A stretch of DNA of 64,000 nucleotides from positions 4,464,001 to 4,528,000 of the forward strand of contig NW_026889778.1 of NCBI RefSeq assembly GCF_033153115.1. Direction: 5' to 3'. Positions within the stretch are counted from its first letter, which is position 1. Every line of letters starts with the position of its first letter. Below, in pieces: positions 52,647-61,752 of the stretch. The translations under genes and the position numbers were made by a program. The notes beneath the pieces were generated by a model. The model had not been told where the DNA came from and did no database searches. It worked only from the letters and a program-made list of their open reading frames with translations. Source of the DNA: Saccostrea echinata (Eukaryota).

Positions 52647-52782
52647 CTTTTGATACCAGCCTCAATGAAATTTATCATTTACCACCCGAAGATCGGAAAA
52701 GTCCATGGATGGCTATAGAACAGATCGATTACGATTTCAGAGGAGAATTCGACAGTTTGAACAATTATTAAAGAAAAAATAA
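52589..52782 (+). pseudogene. GADD34/ICP34.5/DP71L-like PP1 regulatory subunit (eIF2alpha phosphatase adaptor), 1-nt frameshift at ~52719; may start at 52286
   Basis: KKCVTF (RVxF) ... DRKSPWMAI-[fs]-TDRLRFQRRIRQFEQLL*, matching the RxxPW...DRxRFxRRI eIF2alpha-binding signature. Confidence 0.82.
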
Positions 52783-52864
52783 AAACAAGATTGAACACAC
52801 AATAAGTCTTTGTTATTATTTCTATACAAATATGACGCCAACTTGTGCCCTTTTTTAGACACTG

Positions 52865-52903
<39 letters not shown>

Positions 52904-53772
52904 TTTAGTAAGAAAAAAATCTATTCCCATTTCAATTAAAGTAGATATAGATTGATTTTAAACTAATCCCGATTCTGTTTTATCTCAAAGTCTTTCAGGA
53001 TTCCTAAAAAAAATCATGCCTATGTGTATAGAATGCTGTGTCTTGTAATAAGACGCTGTGTTTTATCAATATTGTTATTTATAAAACATCTAGACATTCC
53101 CACTGGAAATAAAGTGGATTCAGATTGTTTTTCAACTAAACTGATTTTATTTATTTTAAAATTCCAGTCAGAAAAGCTCACGATTTAAAAAAAATCCTAT
53201 GTTCTCTCTACAAGTCTATACAGTGATTTTCTAAAAAAAAAAAAAAAAAAAAATGGCCGACCTTCGCCTTCTTGTGTCTATGCCTAAATCGACTCTGGGT
53301 ATATTTTTACACTTGAAACCATTCCTTTGATTTAAAAACAGCATCAACACTTTTCCCTAGGTTTAATCTCATTGTATAGATTAGGTTTTCCTTGTATCAC
53401 ACTCTAAAAAGGGTTTAAATACTTATTTTACTTATTCAGGTGACCCGATTTTAGTCCTTCGGTTCAACATCAATGCTTCTTTTCTAGACGACAGATAAAT
53501 GTCATGCATCAAAAATACTGTGAAATCATGCCTGAAACTTACCTTCATCTTATGGCTTAGATGTTTGAAAGTATTTCTAATCCCATAATAAGTTATTCAC
53601 TCCAATGTATAGATTGTGAAGCACAAAATAACACAATTTGACGTCGCCATGATTTTTTTGGCTCTCGCTTTAGGGTGCTCTCTTTTACGCTCGCGCTGTG
53701 CGCATAAATACGGCAGCTTGCCAGAGCTTGATGTCATTCTGTTAGTATCAGTTCTGCTGACACCGTATCATT

Positions 53773-54684
53773 ATGGCTGAGGACGATGTTCAAAACTTTT
53801 ACATCATTCCAGGGGTAGAGATCCTGAACGTGCATTGTTAGAGATGTAGCCACCGGCAGGGAGTTAGCTCGCTGGCCGATAGCTACCCTGGGCCTATCCA
53901 GTGACCTGATGAGGGGGAGGAGACGACGAAGACGCCATAGAAGAAGAAGAAGATCGCCGTCTACCAGTGATGAAGATGACCAGCCAAAGAGAAGGAGGAG
54001 GACAGAATCACCACCACCAGCTTCCTATTCGGCCCCTCTGAGTAGTCCGGAACTACTTGAGGACACCCCGAGAAGCCCGTCCCCTCCAAGAAGACCACCT
54101 ACTCCTACCTGGTCACCCAGTCATCCCCCGGGAGCAGCTGCTGGACAGTGGGATTCCTCCGTAGATTCGGATTGGACCCTTCCCGTTAACAACTATTGGG
54201 CTGGACAGGGGGATTCGTCATCCGTTGATTCGGATTGGTCCCCTCCCGTCAACGATGACTGGGCACCCTCCCCGGAGCTGGCTAGACCACCACCACCACC
54301 ACCCTCCCCGGAGCTGGCACCACCACCACCCCCGGGATTCAAGTAGCGGCAGGCAGGCTGGATTCCTGTGTAGTTTGCTTGGAGGAGGATCGGATGTCCA
54401 ATTACATCTGCTGCCAGTGTCACCGTCGACCGGCTTGTTTTGAGTGTTCAGCTGTGCTGGTACAGATGAACCAATGCTGCCCTCTTTGTCGACGCAGGCG
54501 TTCGAGATATGCAGCACCTCGCGGGCGAGGATTGAGACCACCTCCTCCAAGACAGTCATCTCTATCCCCAACCGGAAGGCCGGACTTTCTGGAGCCGTTG
54601 ACCGGTAACCAGCGACCTCCCCTCTCAAGCAGAACAGAGTTCCGCGGCAGAGGCAGAGGTAGAGGCAGGCCTCTCAGGGAGTAA
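53773..54684 (+). pseudogene. Arg-rich / Pro-Ser-rich RING (C3HC4) protein with RG-repeat tail, two frameshifts
   Basis: Joining frames at the C-run near 54332 gives CVVC-LEEDRMSNYICCQ-C-H-RRPA-CFEC...CPLCR. A TATA-like cataaata lies at ~53703. Confidence 0.7.
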
Positions 54685-54696
54685 ACCCTTGTCAAC

Positions 54697-55004
54697 CAAC
54701 GGCCCTTTTAAGGGCCACTTTAATGATTCGAAAAGATACCTCTAAAACATTCAAGGTTACAGAAACGTATAAACGGCCCTTTTAAGGGCGACTTATTTGA
54801 AAAGATACCTATACGAAAAGATACCTATAAAACATTCAAGGTTATAGAAACGTATAAACGGCCCTTTTAAGGGCCACTTATTTGAAAAGATACCTTTTTA
54901 AAAAAATCAAGGTTATAGAAACGTATAAATGGCCCTTTTAAGGGCCACTTTAATGATTCGAAAAGATACCTATAAAACATTCAAGGTTATAGAAACGTAT
55001 AAAC
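54697..55004. repeat. Four 71-85 bp units each containing a GGCCCTT-TT-AAGGGCC palindrome
   Basis: Palindromes start at 54701, 54775, 54860 and 54931, between convergent genes. Confidence 0.9.
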
Positions 55005-55111
55005 ACCAGGTCACTATTTTTTGAAATTTTAAAAACATTAATCTTTTTTTAAAAAATGAAATAACATAAACACATTTTTTTTATAACACAGTCGATCTTT
55101 ATAACACACAA

Positions 55112-55606
55112 TCAATGTTTATGAAGAATGTACCTTTGTTTTTGATAAGTCTTTACAAATTGTTCAGTATATTGTCTATAATGAGTCCAATTTCCTCCTG
55201 CTTAACCACATCCTATTTTATAAGGAAAGGCATAAGTCTCGTAAGGTAAAGTTCCCAATTCTTGTAAACAATCTTGAAACCATTTTTCTCTATTTTCTGG
55301 TGTATCTTGATAATAAGGTAGGCGATTATAATGTCCTGTTCCATAATCCCATTGAGCTAACAGACAAATGACTACAGGTTTTTGTAAAGAAAACACTTTA
55401 AGGGTGCCCGGAATTCCTCTATCTTCTTCTAGGGCTAAATTTCTAGACCCTAAAGGTCTGCGGGTAGCATATAGATTAGCTCTGGGGTATTTCATAGCTA
55501 TACTTTGACTCAATCCATGAGCTTTTACAGTCAAACAATTACATTGGTGTACAATAGCTTCTACAGGAAAGTTTAATAAATCTCCTGGTATCTCCTGTAA
55601 ACTCAT
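55112..55606 (-). pseudogene. Macrodomain ADP-ribosyl hydrolase (TARG1/OARD1/DarG-like), one nonsense codon
   Basis: GDLL...AIVHQCNC...GLSQSI...YP and FPYKIGCG*AGGNW; TAA at 55202-04 replaces the Leu of IGCGLAGG. Confidence 0.85.
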
Positions 55607-55696
55607 GTTTGGGAATATTTTTTTTTTAATGTCACACCTTTTTATATATATAACCTGAACAAAAAAATAACAACAATAACAAAAATGTTAAAAATT

Positions 55697-56395
55697 TTAA
55701 TCTGAATTTTCCAGATCCTTGATCATTTCTCTCTTTTTTTCTATGTAATCTCTCCAGGCACCAATTTCCCATTTCCCATATGCATCTCTGGACTCTAATT
55801 CTTTGTTTCTCTTCTCAGGTTTCAGAATTCCATATTCTTCATAGTTGCCACCTTGCTTGTAAAACATTCTTTCTAATTCTGGTGTACTGTGAGACACAAA
55901 AATCTGCATACCAGTGAACTCTAGCCACATTCAGTCCTCCTACAGGTTTTTTTTTTTTTTTTTTTTGAATGAATCCCCTGATTTGATGCACTTTTCCTGT
56001 CCAGGGATGAATTTCTTTTTGTAAGATCAGGTATTGAAATTCATCTTCACAGCTCATGAACATATCTATATCTTCTTCTTCTCTCACATCATGGATGACA
56101 AATGCCCAATTAATGGCAACTGGATAATCTCTGAATTGGTTCTTTGGGTCATGGATCTTCTCATTTTCTCCCAAGTAAACATTACAGGGTTCTTCATCCT
56201 ATTCCAGAGTTTTCACTTCTATTCTTCTTTGAGGACTGTAATGTTCTTCTTCCATATGCATGATCAATCTTTTTTTTTAATAACTGTTTTTTCTCCTCAT
56301 CTATATCCATAGTCTCTATTTTTTCTAATAACTGTTGTTTCTCCTCATCTATATCCATAGTCTCTGGGTTTTTTTCCAAACTGACTTTGACTCAT
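55697..56395 (-). pseudogene. CRESS-virus Rep HUH-domain homologue A (no helicase), disrupted
   Basis: NWAFVIH ... YLILQKEIHPWTGKVHQIRGFIQ ... STPELERMFYKQGGNYEEYG ... KRNKEL; frameshifts at homopolymer runs and a TAG at ~56200. Confidence 0.65.
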
Positions 56396-56429
56396 GGTTA
56401 GGGTCAACTGATCATGATCATTCTCACAC

Positions 56430-56580
56430 CTTGTATTTATACCCTCAGGGGTGGTGTGCAAAAATGTGTTTTACCTACGTTTTTATTGAGACGCTACTGT
56501 GTACGTTTTGTTTACGTTATGCTGAGTCAGTCAATACACAAACCTTATATTATAACGTTATACTTGGCAGTGATTCACAG
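56430..56580. promoter_or_regulatory. TATA box plus enhancer module copy 3
   Basis: Minus-strand GGGTATAAATA next to gggtggtgtgcaaaaatgtg...TGCTGAGTCAG (56520)...ttggcag. Confidence 0.65.
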
Positions 56581-56625
56581 TCTAGGGAAAAACCACACAC
56601 ACAAGCTCAATATTAATGGATTTAT

Positions 56626-57099
56626 TCAAGTAAATCTACAATCTCTTGGAATTAATTCTTTGTTTCTCATTTCAGGTTTTAAAGTCCCATATTCTTCATA
56701 GTTGCCACCTTGCCTATAAAATGTTCTTTCTAATTCTGGTGTGCTGTGAGACATATCAAAACAGGTTAACCCATGAATGATTTTGTACATGTCTCTCTCA
56801 TTGGTCCAGTGTTTCATTTGAATGAATCCTCTCACATGATGAAGTTTTCCTGTTTCTGGATGCATTTCTTTTTGTAAGATCAAGTATTGATAATCACTTC
56901 TAATGATTTAATCTTTATCCTCTTGGTGACCCCCAGTTAAATTAAATATCCAATTAGTAGCTCTTCTAAATCTCTCCTTTTTAAATTTGGCAATATAATG
57001 ATTGCCTGGATCTTCTTTATGTTTGTTCTCATAATGAGTTTTAATGTCTTTCAACAATTGAGTTCTGATTTCCATGATTAATCCTTCTGTCAGACTCAT
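56626..57099 (-). pseudogene. CRESS-virus Rep HUH-domain homologue B, one in-frame stop
   Basis: RRATNWIFNL...D*IIRSDYQYLILQKEMHPETGKLHHVRGFIQMK...STPELERTFYRQGGNYEEYG. The two listed ORFs are in the same frame across the TAA at 56908-10. Confidence 0.7.
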
Positions 57100-57305
57100 G
57101 TTTGAAAAAATGATTTTTTTTTTTTTGTGACACACACACTTTTTATATAGATAACAATTCAAGATATTTAAAAATTATTTTTATTCAGATTCTACAATGA
57201 TTCTTCTCTTGGTTTAGAATCCTGTGTCAATCTTTTCTTTTTTTTTCTCAAAATACTTTTTTTTGGACACATCTTGGCTTCTTCTGCAGTCAAACGTCTT
57301 TCAGG

Positions 57306-57554
57306 TTAATCTTTTTTTGGTAATAAATGGGTATTTTCTTCTTCTTGTGCAGTCAAGGGTCTTTTAATGTAATCTCTCACATAATTAGGATCACCCTTTT
57401 CTGGACATAATTGATTACATTTTTCATGAGAAATGATCTCAATAGTTCCATCCTCATGTATTTGAATTGGTATACCCCTATCCACATCTTCCTCTCTCAG
57501 AACTCTCTTTCCAAATTGAATTTTACTCTTTTCTTTTCTAGACGTGTTACCCAT
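57306..57554 (-). CDS. Small hypothetical protein, possibly N-myristoylated (MGNTSRK); may read on past the stop
   Basis: Own TATA/Inr upstream; a RxLTAxE...PKK unit recurs after the stop. Confidence 0.5.
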   Translation of the reverse strand: MGNTSRKEKSKIQFGKRVLREEDVDRGIPIQIHEDGTIEIISHEKCNQLCPEKGDPNYVRDYIKRPLTAQEEENTHLLPKKD

Positions 57555-57756
57555 GATTAAGACAAATCAATAACTGATACATTTTTCATTTTACACCTTG
57601 TATTTATACCTTTTTCTATCTATATTTAGTATCACCCCCCCTTTTTTTTATTTAAAAACAAGAACAGATTTTTTTTTCTTTTTTTATAACAATAACAACA
57701 ATTACAATACATTTTGATAGAAACATTGACAAGTTTGTCCATGACCCGTAGGTCTT

Positions 57757-58203
57757 TTATGATGTGTCTTTAAACCATTGAGCTACATAATGATCTCTTT
57801 GTAATGCTGTACTATGGTCAAAGGGGAATAACCACTCTTCTGCGGTTTTTCTCTTCTTGTGTCTTTGATGTAAATAATACACGCAATATTGTCCACACAC
57901 ATCTGTATTCCAATCTTGATATCGGTACGGATTATAAATCCATTGGTGAGCATGACGATGGATAAAATCTTGAATTTCTTTTTGTAAGGGAGGAAATCCA
58001 TCAGAGTCAAAATATTCGATGACTGGACTGGACAAATACAAACATACCCAATGTTCTCCAGGTCTATCTTGAGGATCCGTATTCACCACAATGGCTTTTT
58101 CTTGAGGTCTTAATTGATTCAGTAATAAATCTAAAGGGTACACTCCACCAAAAGAACTCTTTAATTCTCTGGATAAGACTTCTTTTAACTGTCCTGTATC
58201 CAT
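57757..58203 (-). CDS. Adenain-like cysteine protease (Polinton PRO)
   Basis: NTD...PGEHWVC (His), EYFDSDG (Asp), Q...DVCGQYC (Cys). Confidence 0.92.
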   Translation of the reverse strand: MDTGQLKEVLSRELKSSFGGVYPLDLLLNQLRPQEKAIVVNTDPQDRPGEHWVCLYLSSPVIEYFDSDGFPPLQKEIQDFIHRHAHQWIYNPYRYQDWNTDVCGQYCVYYLHQRHKKRKTAEEWLFPFDHSTALQRDHYVAQWFKDTS

Positions 58204-59620
58204 TAATAATCAATACTGACTTCTCTCTGTTTGTTAATTTCTAACAGATTATCGAATTCTGCATACACCACACAATTTAAGGTGTTCACCGTATTGTTCG
58301 TAAATTGGACTTCTACTTTCAGATTTTCGGTTTCTATGATATGGAATTTATCCGATTGCGCTTCTTGATCTTTCGTGAATTCCCAGCCCCATAAAGTGTA
58401 TCCGTTTTTATACTCTTCTAGGGTGATGTCCGGGGCCCAGTCTTCTTCTAATTTTCCCAGTGCTTGATATAAACTCAGATAAGATCTCAGATATAAGTCT
58501 TCATTGAAATTAGGTTCGAAACAACGAGTACTCATGGTCTCTCCGTTGATACTGACATCTAATTTCTTAATTCCCACGTTTTGGAAATGAAACGGACTTT
58601 TAGTTTTATCTCCGTTAAAAGCCGCATTGTCCACAAAGCCTAAAATGATGCGTTTAGGCATCTGGCCTTGAAACAGATGATCCGTGATTTTAGATTGAGT
58701 TCCTGTGGGTATAGTAAAGGTTTTCACTTCGACTCTTCTCAATGGATATTAAGCTCTGTGAGTGTTCAAACCTTGATTAATACCATTCATCATGACTGCC
58801 GTGGATTTGACTTTTCTTACCCACAAGATCATGCTCAATATTTTGACTTTTCCCGTACTTCCTGCTTTGATCATCATATAGAACTGAGGTTTAGCTCGAT
58901 TAAATCTCAAACGGACATCTACTCCATTGGGTAGAAATTGGGTTGAAATAAATCCAGATGTAAACGATCATACAAGGTTATTTTCTTACTATCATTTATA
59001 GCCTGGTGACGTTTTCTAAATCCTTCGTTTTTAGAATTGGCCGGTAACTCTGGGATGATAGGTTGGTTAATGGTCACAGTATCAGCACCACCACTTACAC
59101 CTGGGGTTACATCAAATGTCTTATTTTGAGCCACTCCAAGGTCTGCTACTTCTACTTCGTCCATGTGTCCTGCTGCATCTTTTTCCCACAGACTACAAGC
59201 TCTCATCTGTGTCATTAAAGTTCTGGGTTTGTAAGAAAGTAATTTCTCCAGATGAGCTTTGTAAGGATAAGTATCGGTTCCAGGAGTCACTATTTTTCCA
59301 TTGACACTGAGATCGATTTCCGTAAACAAGGAATGTAAGATATTATTCACCGGGGCGCAAGTATTCCCACCTCCAGTCAGATTAGTACCATCATCTTTGG
59401 TAAATTTACACACTATTTGAACATACGTTTGAGATAAATCCAGATATTGATCTCCTTGTCCATTAATTTCAAATTCAATGGGAGCCGTATCCGAATCTAA
59501 AGTACTGGAAATGGGGTAATATTCTTCCCATTTGGAGTCTTCTAAAGCAATATTAGTCGGGTGGACTTGGAACAATTCTAAATTGTTCATCCCACACGCA
59601 CAGGAATCTGGTTGCAACAT
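58203..59620 (-). pseudogene. Double jelly-roll major capsid protein (Polinton PY/MCP); one frameshift (~58937) and one nonsense codon (58749-51)
   Basis: CACGMNNLELF...YYPISS...PIEF...YLDLSQT...NNILHSLF...YPYKAHLE...LPNGVDVRL...[10 protein letters not shown]...[16 protein letters not shown]...[20 protein letters not shown]. Confidence 0.9.
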
Positions 59621-59758
59621 GATGTGTCTACTAGGATTGATTTTTCTCAAATGAAGGTCAATATCACTCGACTCCCCTATTTATAGTGTCAATCAAAGAT
59701 ATCTAAACCCCTTTTTTTCTTCTTGGGAATATTGCCTCCTTGATTTTTTCTTTTTCTC

Positions 59759-60532
59759 TTAGGACCTCCTCGGGCTAACACAGGTGTCTTTTTTTCTTCT
59801 TTTCTTACTACCTCCTAGATTCATTCTTTGTTTCAGGGCATGTACTCCGTGAGTTTTGACAGCGTCTTTTAAAGATCTCTTATTTTCTAACACATCTAAC
59901 CCCGTTCTAGCAGCAGCAGTCAAGGCATGTTTAGCTCCCGTTTTCAGTAAATCTCTAACAAATCCTCTGCCTTTCTGCCGTCTTCTTCTTTTTCTTCTCC
60001 CTTTACCTTCTTGACCTTTCTTATTCATCTTTTTAAAGACTAAACTTCCTCCTCTATTGAGAGCAAATAAGCCTGTATTTTTAACGGCATTGAGTCCATG
60101 AGTTAAAAGAGCATTTTTGATATTTCTCTTTTTTTTAATCATATCTGCTCCTATTTTAGCTCTGGCAATCAAGGTTTGATTACGACCCATTTTGACTAGA
60201 TCTTTAAGAAATCCTCGACCTCTTTGTCGCCGGCCTGAGCCTAATTGGACAGCTTCTTTTAAAGTCATCCCTATAGGTAAGTTAGGTAGAAGTCCCGACA
60301 TGAAGTCTAAAAAATTTCCTCCTCTTTGAGATTTCAAATACTGGCGAAATTTCCTTAAATGAGGTGGAAGAAATATGGATGGTATTGGTAATCCAATAGA
60401 ATTAGGGGTAAGGGCTCCAACCAATCCAGAGATAATTCCACCTACACCGTGTCCTTTTTGACGTAATAAACCTCTATGATAGACAAACTGTCCGTGTCCT
60501 CTTTGTCTCAATAATCCGGGATGATACTGCAT
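59759..60532 (-). CDS. Basic core/precursor polyprotein with multiple QxGxG protease sites (adenovirus pVII/pVI/pX-like)
   Basis: 257 aa, K/R/G-rich; QRGHG, QKGHG, QRGG, QLGSG, QRGRG, QEGKG, QKGRG; lies between mCP and MCP. Confidence 0.75.
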   Translation of the reverse strand: MQYHPGLLRQRGHGQFVYHRGLLRQKGHGVGGIISGLVGALTPNSIGLPIPSIFLPPHLRKFRQYLKSQRGGNFLDFMSGLLPNLPIGMTLKEAVQLGSGRRQRGRGFLKDLVKMGRNQTLIARAKIGADMIKKKRNIKNALLTHGLNAVKNTGLFALNRGGSLVFKKMNKKGQEGKGRRKRRRRQKGRGFVRDLLKTGAKHALTAAARTGLDVLENKRSLKDAVKTHGVHALKQRMNLGGSKKRRKKDTCVSPRRS

Positions 60533-60677
60533 GTTTCATGACTCGTGTCAGACTGACCTAAATGCACTCAAATGACTCCTTTTTATACCCCTGTCTTAGG
60601 GTTGAATACAATACAGACAGCATATCAGATAAGTCATCACTCCCAATAGGATGTAACAAAAAAGATGTACACTCATC

Positions 60678-61666
60678 TCAGTACACTTTTCTGAAATGAA
60701 GTTTCACGACCGATTTTCCATTTAAAAAAGGCATGGGAGTCCCTAAAGGAGTCATGATATGAATCTCAATGCTATCGAAATGTTTTTTTACTCAGTTTCA
60801 AATATTCCGCTCTAACGGGTTCCCATTTAGCTTGTTTTTTATCTTCCAGATTGAGTGTACAAGGAACCACTCTTAATAATTTCAAGGCATTGGATCCTAC
60901 CGTCTGGGGTTCAATCAAGTCACAATACACGTACATGGATTTCAGATTTTCATATAAATCTACGGTATTGTTGCCCATGTAACTAACGTTGATCCATTTG
61001 GTCATGTTTTCTGTATTGTTCTGAAGAATCACCTTCTTACTTTCTATTCCTAGCTTATAAGCTAAGGCTGTGGGGAAACGAATGCATAAGGGATATTTTC
61101 TAAGTTTTTCCCAATAAACTGATACATCACTTTATCATGTTTGTCATGATATATTAATTTCATGGCATTCTCTTTTTTAGAATCACCCAAAAACTTCCAT
61201 AATTTTTTCAAACTTCTATCCAGTCCAAGACTGATTTCACCTGTTAAAGCCATGGGATGAATGTAAGGCCCCGGTCTAAAGTGAATTCGTCTAATTTCCA
61301 TCTTTTGGTCTATCGTTATGAGATTAGCAAATTCAGTATGGGCCCATTCTAACAGTACAGGACATTGGCTTAATGGCATCGCATCTATGGTTTTCATTTT
61401 AAATCTGTCCCATTTAAAAACATTAGGTTCTTGGACTTTTGAAGCATAAAACTGAGGAAGCAGGATGTCAAAATAAGCTTCCTCTTCTGTGATGTTTTTC
61501 AATGAAATGGGATACATCAATTCTGTTAAGCCACTTCCCATTGTCCATCTGTAAAATCTACTGTTTGTGGTAATAAGGTTTTAAATTGAGCAGTCGTATT
61601 ACTCGGAAAAGATTGCATGTACCCATCATTTGGTAAAGTCATGTAAAAACTACTGCTCTCGGCCAT
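60678..61666 (-). pseudogene. Minor capsid (penton, PX) protein with three 1-nt homopolymer frameshifts
   Basis: FYMTLPNDG...FPSNTTAQFKTLLP...WEV[G]LTELMYP...LAYKLG...SMYVYCDLIEPQTVGS...LLRVVP...HFDSIEIHI...VVKLHFRK. Confidence 0.88.
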
Positions 61667-61752
61667 GTTCAGTGAGATACTGAGACAAAATAACTTATGA
61701 CCCTTCTATTTATAACAACAATTTTTTGTTTTTAATTTTTTTATTTGGCATA

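Noticed and set aside
52860-53660. Additional gene or retro-insertion in the non-coding gap of the Polinton
   Set aside because: Long T/A runs, a minus-strand ATGGCG and isolated splice-like motifs are present, but no coherent ORF or TSD could be built.
54697-55004. CRISPR-like palindromic repeats with spacers
   Set aside because: The sequences between palindromes are copies of one another, not unique spacers.
55697-57162. Independently integrated CRESS virus genome
   Set aside because: No SF3 helicase, no ssDNA-virus capsid and no NAGTATTAC stem-loop seen; the genes use Polinton-type promoters.
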